From NCBI GenBank assembly GCA_963765145.1, contig CAVXVG010000005.1, forward strand, positions 4,007-68,006: 64,000 nt of DNA. Reading direction: 5' to 3'. Position 1 is the first letter of the stretch. Every line of letters starts with the position of its first letter. Both the position numbers and the translations under genes were made by a program. Under the pieces are notes generated by a model that saw only the letters and a program-made list of their open reading frames with translations, made no database searches and was not told where the DNA came from. The DNA comes from Parachlamydiales bacterium (GTDB lineage: Bacteria > Chlamydiota > Chlamydiia > Chlamydiales > JAJFMK01). This document shows, piece by piece, positions 35,376 through 43,263 of this stretch.

Positions 35376-37909
35376 CAACACGTTCAGGTGATTTAAGTTT
35401 TGGGCAAGCTCGCGATGTCTATTCTGCATTTTATACTGCAGGCCATGCAGATGGAAAATCGGAAGCGAAAGTGTTTGGAGAGCTGTCGCTAGATGAGCGT
35501 AAGGTGATTGTCCGTGCCATCGAAGTGTTAGGAGGAAGAAAAGGTACCGCCGGAAGTTCTCTTGTGTCAGACGATCGATTAACACCTCTAATTAAAAAAT
35601 TAGGAGGCGATAACGTGACGACCATTGATGATAAAGACTTACCAAATGCTCTAAAAGGTAGTAAACCCATCCTTGTCCAAGGGCGGGCTGAAATAGGGAT
35701 GGCCAACCGCTTCTTAGTACACGATAAATTTTTAAAAGCTCTTGAGCCAGACGGAGAACTTTATCAAAAGCTTGAAGGGTTTTTTAATAATCCTCACGCA
35801 TCGCAAAAAACATTGGTGAACAGGGCCGTAAAAGAATGGGTGGAGAATTTACCTCCCGGAGAAGGGAAAGCGGCGGCTAAAGAAGCTTTGCAATACCTAG
35901 AAGCAAGTATCAACAATTTTTCTTCTGCGCATGGCTTTACCCCAGAGAATTTAAAGAAGGTCATTGGCGATTTTAGAGAAAATATTCACAAAGAACTTGT
36001 GCTTGCATGGGGTGCAACACCTTTAACAAAAGCAGACCATCAAGCGATGGGGATTGGCGCTTTGGATCTGCTGCCATTTTCTATCAACAAAACCACCATC
36101 AAACAAAAACGGGCAGAGTTTGAGAGCATTGTTGACGATCTTAGGGATCCTAAGAAAAGCAAGGAAGGGCTTGAGGAAAGGCTGTCGCAACTTGAGGGCG
36201 AGCTGTTGCCAATGGTCCGCTATCCGGAATGTGCCGGTCTTTATTCACGTGTTGTAGGTGAGCATGTAAATCTCTTAAGAGAAAGCAGGGATCCAGAGGT
36301 TGAAGATCGGGCGATTGAGCTTACGAAAATTCAGTATATTTATGCCATGTACGCCGCTGCAAAGGGAAATGGAGAGGGGGCGTATAGCTTTGCTAGAGGG
36401 TTTGTCGAGTTTGGGTTGTGGACTAAAGATGAGAGGGAAAATACCCTAAAAGAGGGTTTGCGTTTAGTTGACTTAGCCATTAATGCGGCCAAGAAAAGCG
36501 GAGATAAAGGGTTGCTCGCGAAAGCCAATGTTCTAAGAGCTGTTCTTTTAGAAAAAAATTACCTGACTTTACTTGAGCTAAGAAATGAGTTTGAGGAACC
36601 GAGAAGTGTAAAAAAAGCGGAAAAATATGTCATAGACAACTTTGTTAAATTGGGTTTTGATGGCATTGAGGGGCTTTATATTTTGTTTGTCAGGGGTGGA
36701 TCTTCTGCCGACCCGATGATCGACCTGCTGAAGAGGTTCCTGGTAGGCCCATTCAAGGTAAAGCCAACAGCAGAACATGTTAAGTGGATCACCACCGCAG
36801 CCTTAGCCGGCAATGAGAAGGCTATAAAGCTTTTAACCAAGCTTGTTGAACTTTATCCTGCAGAAACCAAAAAAGTTCCTGCCCTTATCCCGGCCGCGCT
36901 GTTAGTAAAGGATGGGGTCCATACCAATGCAAACGTTAGTGAATTTACACGAATAGACGCTTTGAAATGTTACCAAGAGGCCTTTGACCATTTGGCAAAC
37001 GAACTTAGGGAATTAAAGAATTCCGGACAGTTAAATCGAGCTACACTTGATGCGATTTTGCCAAGATTAGAGGTATTACGTGGCAAGTATGAGGCGCTTC
37101 TTAGGCAATTCCCGGATAAGACTCTTACACAGTCAGCAATGCAGTTAAGAAAGGACATAAACACTGCAATCGAAGAAATCAAAGAGGCTGAAGTTGGAGT
37201 TTTGGAGGAAGCGCCAGTCCCGGGCATAGCTAAGCACATGGACTTAGGCTCGCCAAAAGTTGCTCCATCTCGTAATAGGTTTTTCAGTGCCGTCAGCAAG
37301 TTTTTTAATGAATGGGTCATGCCCAAGTCTGAAATTCTGAAGTTCAGGGAACCTGCAGGAAGCCCTGAGCCGATAGATCCCCAGTTGACAGCTGCCGATT
37401 TTCATAAGTCGAAAGATGAAGATTTAACGAAAACCGAACCCTCTTTGTTAACTACCACCATCTACGACATCGATGCCCTAGAAATAAGTGATTCATTCAT
37501 CGACCGCATAGGTGGTTCTTTAACTCCAATTCCTGCGCCAGCTAAAAAAGCAGCTCCTGTGATTTCAGCGGTTGAAGTCGGTGACGAAGCTACTCAAGGT
37601 GTCGTCAATGTGTTTGGGGAATTTTGGGATGCAGCAGATGGAAAAGTTCACTTGAAAGGATTTCTTTCCATGGCAGGGCAAGACGAATTTGATAAGGGGA
37701 ATTTTAATCAAAAGCAAATAGAAGCTGCAAAGAAGACCGAGTTCATGGCTCAAATAGCCAAATTAAAAGAGCTGGGTGAAAAAGAACAACCTATCGCTAT
37801 TCGGTTGATGGCCGATAAAATGGGCAATGCCAAATATGTTAATTCCCTAACCAAGCTTATTGAAGATGATAGATTTGAAGCAGTCCAAAAACTCCTTTCC
37901 GCTCAGTAA
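35372..37909 (+). CDS. Large hypothetical protein (845 aa), paralogous N-terminus to the upstream gene
   Basis: ATG at 35372 forms an ATGA overlap with the upstream stop. FGELSLDERKVIVRAIEVL compares with AALSDDDKTIVLLAFKSL in the upstream protein. Sel1-like AALAGNEKAIKLLTKL. Confidence 0.6.
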   Translation: MTTRSGDLSFGQARDVYSAFYTAGHADGKSEAKVFGELSLDERKVIVRAIEVLGGRKGTAGSSLVSDDRLTPLIKKLGGDNVTTIDDKDLPNALKGSKPILVQGRAEIGMANRFLVHDKFLKALEPDGELYQKLEGFFNNPHASQKTLVNRAVKEWVENLPPGEGKAAAKEALQYLEASINNFSSAHGFTPENLKKVIGDFRENIHKELVLAWGATPLTKADHQAMGIGALDLLPFSINKTTIKQKRAEFESIVDDLRDPKKSKEGLEERLSQLEGELLPMVRYPECAGLYSRVVGEHVNLLRESRDPEVEDRAIELTKIQYIYAMYAAAKGNGEGAYSFARGFVEFGLWTKDERENTLKEGLRLVDLAINAAKKSGDKGLLAKANVLRAVLLEKNYLTLLELRNEFEEPRSVKKAEKYVIDNFVKLGFDGIEGLYILFVRGGSSADPMIDLLKRFLVGPFKVKPTAEHVKWITTAALAGNEKAIKLLTKLVELYPAETKKVPALIPAALLVKDGVHTNANVSEFTRIDALKCYQEAFDHLANELRELKNSGQLNRATLDAILPRLEVLRGKYEALLRQFPDKTLTQSAMQLRKDINTAIEEIKEAEVGVLEEAPVPGIAKHMDLGSPKVAPSRNRFFSAVSKFFNEWVMPKSEILKFREPAGSPEPIDPQLTAADFHKSKDEDLTKTEPSLLTTTIYDIDALEISDSFIDRIGGSLTPIPAPAKKAAPVISAVEVGDEATQGVVNVFGEFWDAADGKVHLKGFLSMAGQDEFDKGNFNQKQIEAAKKTEFMAQIAKLKELGEKEQPIAIRLMADKMGNAKYVNSLTKLIEDDRFEAVQKLLSAQ

Positions 37910-37932
37910 GCCACACCTTGTTGCATACTAAA

Positions 37933-38249
37933 TGTAGCTTAGACTAAAGAGCCACTTGCAAAAATCAGATTAAGCTCAGAAACAGGCCCGAAGGGCCGAA
38001 ATATGAAAGCCCTGGTCGAAGGCCAGGGTAAGTATGCCAATAGAAATTGGAGTCCTGAAGGGACGACATATCCTGTTCCACAAACACTACAGGAGATATT
38101 TTATGCCGTCCTTTCAGGACTCCAATTTTATTTCACATTTGTAACCCAGGCCTTCGGCGCTGGGCTTTCATATTTCGGTCCTTCGGACCTGTTTCTAAAA
38201 AAAAGCCAACAATCCGATTTTTGCAAGTACTTCTAAAGTCTAAGCTACA
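37933..38249. mobile_element. MITE-like 317-bp palindromic element, family E, copy 2 (inverted relative to copy 1)
   Basis: Reverse complement of 29108-29424 with only a few mismatches by eye. Confidence 0.85.
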
Positions 38250-38286
38250 TTTTTTGTTCTCTGTGCTATCTGTGGTCGCGGAATCA

Positions 38287-38715
38287 TTAGGATTTATTCT
38301 TAGTTTTGTTTTTGAAAACAATCGGTTCGGCATAGAGGGGATGCTTTGCGATGGCGACAGGGAGACCTTCGTAAAAGAGAATCGCTTGGTAGGAGAGGTA
38401 GCCGCCGGTATCGAGATAGGTTTGCCCTCTCAACGGGATTTCGAAGCGACCGGCGCAGTTGGGGAGGAAGAAGGCCTCTGTTTCTCGCTCACCACAATGG
38501 AAAACACGGGTGAGTTCGAGCCAGTAACCCGGTTTTTTAGGAATGGTCCAGTGGATGATGAGAGTTTCGCCTTGGCTATTTGGGTCGCACCGACGGGGGT
38601 CTGGAGTTTGAACGTAAGTACTGGCAAGACGTTCGAGGGTGTCATAGCGGGTGTAAACGGTTAGATTGGGGCCGCAGCAGGCCGAAAGTAAGAAAAGGAA
38701 AAGAAGGGCTCTCAT
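38287..38715 (-). CDS. Putative lipoprotein
   Basis: MRALLFLFLLSAC lipobox. ATG at 38713-38715 forms an ATGA overlap with the DAHP synthase stop. Confidence 0.55.
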   Translation of the reverse strand: MRALLFLFLLSACCGPNLTVYTRYDTLERLASTYVQTPDPRRCDPNSQGETLIIHWTIPKKPGYWLELTRVFHCGERETEAFFLPNCAGRFEIPLRGQTYLDTGGYLSYQAILFYEGLPVAIAKHPLYAEPIVFKNKTKNKS

Positions 38716-39698
38716 CTGCAACTTAAAATGAGTTCTTCGGTCTCTTCCCAGCCGAGGCATGGGTCAGTGGCTGAAAGGTAAGGAGAGTTGCCTTTGCCAC
38801 GCTCGATGAAACTTTCTACCATGGCGCCGATGATCCTTTTTTCCCCTTTTTCGTAGCGTTCGAACACCTCTAAAAAATTTTTCTTTTGCTTTTCTAAATC
38901 TTTTTGAGAGTTGTCGTGGGCGCAGTCGATGACCATCTTGGGCTCCAGATCAAATTCGAGTAGCCGGTGTTCAATTTGGTCAAGAACATGGGTTTGAAAA
39001 TTAGGGCCATTTGGACCACCACGGAGAACTAAGTGGGTGTAGGGGTTCCCGGGTGTTTCAATGAACTCGAGTTGTCCTTGCAAGTTGGGAAGAATGGTCG
39101 ATTGAGGCTGGCGTGCCGCGACCACCCCTTGGATGGCCATTTCAAAAGAACCATCGATCCCGTTTTTAAAAGCGATGGGAAGTGTCAGAGAGGAAGCTAA
39201 TTCACGATGAACGGCTGAGGCCGAGGTTCTGGCTCCAATCCACCCCCACGTCACCAAATCGGAGGTGTAAGGGGCAAGTAAGGGGTTTAAAAACTCTGTT
39301 GCAAGTGGAACTCCCATTTTGGTGAGCTCTAAAAACAGCTTGCGAGATTCATAGATCCCTTTCACAACTTCAGGAGGCTTTGAGCTAGTTGGGTCGGTGA
39401 TAAAGCCTTTCCACCCTCCCCAGCTGCGGGGCTTTTCTAAAGAGGCCCGCATGACAATGAAGAAAGTATTTCCTAAAGATTTTTGAAGCTCAACCACTCT
39501 TTGGCCATATTCTAAAGCACTTTCAGTGTGGTGGATAGAGCATGGGCCTAATACAAGCAGAAATCCGGGCGATCCCTGTAGTTTTTTTTCAATCTTCTGC
39601 CTAAAAGCTGCAATTTTTAACGCCTCGGCAGGTTGCAAGGATAAATCCTTATGCAATTGATCAAGGGTTGGAAGAGGGGTCGAGTGGCAAAAGAACAT
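38712..39698 (-). CDS. aroG: 3-deoxy-7-phosphoheptulonate (DAHP) synthase, class I
   Basis: LVLGPCSIH, EKPRSWGGWKGFITDP and WIGARTS are typical of class I DAHP synthases. Confidence 0.8.
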   Translation of the reverse strand: MFFCHSTPLPTLDQLHKDLSLQPAEALKIAAFRQKIEKKLQGSPGFLLVLGPCSIHHTESALEYGQRVVELQKSLGNTFFIVMRASLEKPRSWGGWKGFITDPTSSKPPEVVKGIYESRKLFLELTKMGVPLATEFLNPLLAPYTSDLVTWGWIGARTSASAVHRELASSLTLPIAFKNGIDGSFEMAIQGVVAARQPQSTILPNLQGQLEFIETPGNPYTHLVLRGGPNGPNFQTHVLDQIEHRLLEFDLEPKMVIDCAHDNSQKDLEKQKKNFLEVFERYEKGEKRIIGAMVESFIERGKGNSPYLSATDPCLGWEETEELILSCR

Positions 39699-39810
39699 AT
39701 CGTTAAAGATTCTTCCTCATTCCCACTAAACAGGCAATCCAAAAAATAACCAGATGGCTAAGTATATTTGCATGAATCAAAGACATTCTTGTTGTGACGC
39801 CAGAAAAAAA

Positions 39811-39966
39811 TAACAGGGTGAACAGGATGAACAGGATAAGCTCTGCCCACAAAGGAAATGTTTTTTTAAACAAATGGAAAGAATGGCTTCGCCTCTGCTT
39901 TTACCATTTTGAAATAGAGAGGCAGAGTTTATCCTGTTTACCCTGTTAAATTTTTAGGATGCTTTT
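39811..39966. repeat. MITE-like inverted repeat, family B
   Basis: Left arm taacagggtgaacaggatgaacaggataagctctgcc; right arm ggcagagtttatcctgtttaccctgttaaatttttaggatgc. Confidence 0.85.
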
Positions 39967-40004
39967 TCCTAGGTAATGCCGCTAGCGCGGACTGCTTATT
40001 TTTG
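39907..40004. repeat. Direct repeat DR3, copy a (orphan copy of MITE arm + recF 3' end)
   Basis: ttttgaaatagagaggcagagtttatcct..gtttaccctgttaaatttttaggatgctttttcctaggtaatgccgctagcgcggactgcttatttt matches 42132-42240. Confidence 0.85.
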
Positions 40005-40025
40005 TTTGGATGTGGGTATGGTTCT

Positions 40026-41435
40026 TTAATCTGGAAATAAGGCGAGGACTAGATGTCTTTTATCCAAAGTCGTCGGAAGTGGTAGCAGATTAATATCAGT
40101 TTTAATGTAGTAGAGTTCTTTTAGTCGTTTATAAAGCATGTTGATGAATTGTCTTAAGAGATAAAATTCCGGCATGAACATCTGATATTGGCGAATGGCT
40201 AACTGGGCGCTAGTGATCTGATCAATAGACTTAATCTGTTTCAATTTCTCTAATAGCTGAGGAAGCTTTTCTTTTGAAAACCGATAAGGGATGTCGGCAA
40301 AGGATTCATCCATCATTTGGTGAAAGGGAAACTTGAGAAACTTTTCTAGGCGGACTTCCAAATCTTTAGCGAAACTTAAAAACAGTTGATAACACTCTTT
40401 GTAAACTTTTGCGTGTTGAGTCATTTTATGTTCAACTTGATCTTGAATCGTTTCAATTCCATCAACACAATCATCCACCGGATAGAGATCGCCTAAAAGG
40501 TGGCTTACAGTTTTCTCAAAGTCGTCATTGAGTTCAAAGTCCATAAAAAAGTTTCCTTGTCGAAAAGCATTCAAAATCTCAATCACCCCCTTCCAGTCTT
40601 GCCCAAAGTGAGGTGGGCTGCGCAGAATGGGAGCGATAAAAGCTGGCAATAATGGCTCTATTTGGATTAAGCAATTGCGAAAAAGTACTGTCTTAGTTAT
40701 TTCAGAACTATTTTGGAGCCCGGGAATTACTGAACGGATTGCAATAATTGCTTGGAGTATTCTATTCCAGGTAGGGGCTGTTTTTGGCAATTTGCCGATG
40801 ATAACTTGCAATTCTTTTTGTTTTTTTAATTCATAGTTTTTTTTGTTTTTTACCTGTGTTGCTATGAGTATCCCTGCTGCGGCAAAATGGTCAAGCGCAG
40901 TCATCAAGCTTCTTTTAGAGTATCCTATTTCAACGAGGTCGGCGGCTGAAAAATACTTCCCTTTTCGTGCGAGAAAGTGTGTCAAGATGTCAGCTTTTGC
41001 CCCAGGGCCAAATAAGCTTCGTGTTCGAAGCGCTAGAAGGGAGGGAGATTCAAGCGGCGGAAGCAAAGATTTTCCGCTCAAGTGAACTTTAAATTGAACT
41101 GTCTCTTCTGCGCTCGGCCACTTTGCTGATGATATCGAATTTAAAGCTGCAGCAAATTGTGAGAAAGAGCGCATTGCATCATTATTCAATCCTTTTAGAA
41201 GCGCGCGTAGCCGACTGACCGAAACATACTCATGGTAGCGAGAGAGCCAATCTAAGGCTTCATCGCGTAGGCGAGGGTCATATTCTGAGACAACTGTAGT
41301 CAAAATAATCAACTCTTCTGGTGGGATTAGGCAGTTCTCGTGAAAGCGGTCGATTCCGGCTACCCCCAATTCTTTCCACAAGCTCCATGCAAGTCCAGCA
41401 AGCAGGTGATCAAACTCTTCCTTCATTTCCACCAT
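40026..41435 (-). CDS. Hypothetical 469-aa protein with central winged-helix-like segment
   Basis: ADILTHFLARKGKYFSAADLVEIGYSKRSLMTALDHFAAAGILIATQ looks like a wHTH. Its start lies 1 nt after the stop of the upstream nucleotidyltransferase gene. Confidence 0.55.
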   Translation of the reverse strand: MVEMKEEFDHLLAGLAWSLWKELGVAGIDRFHENCLIPPEELIILTTVVSEYDPRLRDEALDWLSRYHEYVSVSRLRALLKGLNNDAMRSFSQFAAALNSISSAKWPSAEETVQFKVHLSGKSLLPPLESPSLLALRTRSLFGPGAKADILTHFLARKGKYFSAADLVEIGYSKRSLMTALDHFAAAGILIATQVKNKKNYELKKQKELQVIIGKLPKTAPTWNRILQAIIAIRSVIPGLQNSSEITKTVLFRNCLIQIEPLLPAFIAPILRSPPHFGQDWKGVIEILNAFRQGNFFMDFELNDDFEKTVSHLLGDLYPVDDCVDGIETIQDQVEHKMTQHAKVYKECYQLFLSFAKDLEVRLEKFLKFPFHQMMDESFADIPYRFSKEKLPQLLEKLKQIKSIDQITSAQLAIRQYQMFMPEFYLLRQFINMLYKRLKELYYIKTDINLLPLPTTLDKRHLVLALFPD

Positions 41436-41436
41436 T

Positions 41437-41991
41437 TTATTCTCCGAGTTGTAGTAATGCTTCAGCTAAAGTTCTCGCAAATTCTTCTGATACGTCATGC
41501 GTTTTACACCAAAAGCCCGCTTTTAAAAGCTCTTCGCTTGTGGGGTGTAATCGCTTTAAATCTTCGAAATGCTTGGAGCCGGGGCCTTGATCGACTGAGG
41601 CATAGAGTTTAAAACAAATCTGATCAAACCGGCTTGCGCAGAAGAGGGTTAGTCCACCGAAGTGGATGGGTTCTAAGCGCTTTTGAAATCCTTCTGGTAG
41701 TCCCATTTCCCATAAATCGGCTGCTGTGGAATTGATCCAGTCTTCAGGCAGCTTAAGTGCCGTTCCAACTTCTCTAATTGCTGCAAGAAGTGGAGCTGGT
41801 AAGGGTCTGGCTGAAATGAGCTCGTTTCCATCGATCATGGCAACAACATCTACATCTTTTGTAGGTCGAATGACGCATCCCAATAATAATAAGGCGCCTC
41901 CACCAATGGCGACTATTTCATATTTCAATCCTTTATCTGACAAATAGGAGCCTAATACCTCTAAGGCATCATTTAATGTATTTGAATCCAT
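41437..41991 (-). CDS. Minimal nucleotidyltransferase-fold protein (MNT / AbiEii / DUF6036-like)
   Basis: From ATG 41989-41991 (MDSNTLNDALEVL). Contains the polymerase-beta-type NTase pattern IGGGALLLLGCVIRPTKDVDVV (G-G-x-A ... R-x-T-x-D-x-D). Confidence 0.6.
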   Translation of the reverse strand: MDSNTLNDALEVLGSYLSDKGLKYEIVAIGGGALLLLGCVIRPTKDVDVVAMIDGNELISARPLPAPLLAAIREVGTALKLPEDWINSTAADLWEMGLPEGFQKRLEPIHFGGLTLFCASRFDQICFKLYASVDQGPGSKHFEDLKRLHPTSEELLKAGFWCKTHDVSEEFARTLAEALLQLGE

Positions 41992-42131
41992 AATGCTCCA
42001 GATCGAGAAGTTTAACATCTCAATTCGACATCTTAATCTTACCAAAAAGTGAATTAAAATGGTAATGCGGCTTGCTTTAGCCAATACCAACTATGGTTTG
42101 GGGGAAGCCTTTTTTGTCTCTGTTTCTACCG

Positions 42132-42240
42132 TTTTGAAACAGAGATAGGCGGAGCTTATCCTATTGATCCTGTTCACCCTGTTAAATTTCTAGGATGCTT
42201 TTTTCCTAGGTAATGCATGCTAGCGCGGACTGTTTATTTT
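42132..42240. repeat. Direct repeat DR3, copy b (half family B MITE + true recF 3' end)
   Basis: See DR3 copy a. Contains the recF stop codon at 42220-42222. Confidence 0.85.
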
Positions 42241-43248
42241 CTTTCTAATTTCGGTGTGGTGGGTGGCGGTGTTGGCAACGGGAGCGGTTGAGGTGATGAT
42301 GACTTGGCCGAGGGTGGGGGCGATGTCCCAAAACTTTTCGATGCGGATGGGGTCTAGGCTGGCTGTCAAATCGTCCAGAAGAAGAAGAGGCTTCCCTTCA
42401 TGGATGGCATGGTGGGCCAGCTTTATGGCCAATAAATAAGATTTTTTTTCCCCTTCGCTTCCAAAATGACGAATTTCCCTTCCATCAGCATGAAAAAGAA
42501 TGTCATCTCGGTGGGGCCCGTTCAATGTATAGCCGCAATCGAGCTCCTTTTCCCTTGCTGTTTTCCACAGCTCTCTTAAATTTGTTTTGGTTTTGTAAAC
42601 AAACTCCATCTTTTTGTGTACGCCAAGGAGATGACGAAAAAGAGGGTCGGCGTGAGGCAACAGTTTTTGCAGCCCCTGTTCTCGTTCCGAAATCAGGTAA
42701 AGGGCGCTTTTTTCTAGTTCAGTTTCAATCGCATCGAGCATCTGAACGCGCTTGCTTTTCAAGTTCCCATTTCGGCACTCCAAACCCTTTTGATAACGAA
42801 GTCTATGGTGCAGATAAGTGGGATTCTGTTTGGCTAACAGTAGGTCAAGAAAACGGCGCCGGTCATCTGAAGAACCGGTTATGAGGGTGGCATCTTGAGG
42901 AGTTAAAGAAACTGCAGGGATCAGGCCCAACACTTCGCTTGCACCGCTCAATTTTTTTTGACCGGCGTAAAAACTCGCCTTTTCATCAAAAGTCCAGCCA
43001 AGTTGATGGTGCATGGCCGTGCCGGATTTATAATGCAATTTTGCAAATGCTTTAGAAAAGCCCTCTTCAACAAGATGTTGGGCTCTTTTTGTTCTAAACG
43101 ATTGGCCAAAAATAAAAAGGGTTAAAGCCTCAAGGATCGAACTTTTACCTGCTCCATTTTCTCCCCAAAGCAGGTGAATCCCGTCCGAAAAAGAAAAAGC
43201 AGCTTCTTCAAAGCACCGAAAATGGGAAAGAAGAAGCTGCTCGATCAT
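42220..43248 (-). CDS. recF: DNA replication and repair protein RecF
   Basis: Walker A GENGAGKSSILEAL. SMC-type signature FGSEGEKKS and Walker B LLLLDD. Immediately downstream of dnaN. Confidence 0.9.
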   Translation of the reverse strand: MIEQLLLSHFRCFEEAAFSFSDGIHLLWGENGAGKSSILEALTLFIFGQSFRTKRAQHLVEEGFSKAFAKLHYKSGTAMHHQLGWTFDEKASFYAGQKKLSGASEVLGLIPAVSLTPQDATLITGSSDDRRRFLDLLLAKQNPTYLHHRLRYQKGLECRNGNLKSKRVQMLDAIETELEKSALYLISEREQGLQKLLPHADPLFRHLLGVHKKMEFVYKTKTNLRELWKTAREKELDCGYTLNGPHRDDILFHADGREIRHFGSEGEKKSYLLAIKLAHHAIHEGKPLLLLDDLTASLDPIRIEKFWDIAPTLGQVIITSTAPVANTATHHTEIRKKINSPR

Positions 43249-43263
43249 TTTTACGATGAGATA

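Noticed and set aside
29108-38249. Inferring a past inversion from the sequences flanking the two family E copies (A-run on the left of copy 1, T-run on the right of copy 2).
   Set aside because: The flanks are short A/T homopolymers and the element is nearly palindromic. Target-site duplications and orientation therefore cannot be resolved by eye.
38221-38664. A 147-aa plus-strand ORF opposite the lipoprotein gene.
   Set aside because: It starts inside the family E repeat and is antisense to an ORF with a good lipobox and ATGA coupling to aroG. The minus-strand gene is preferred.
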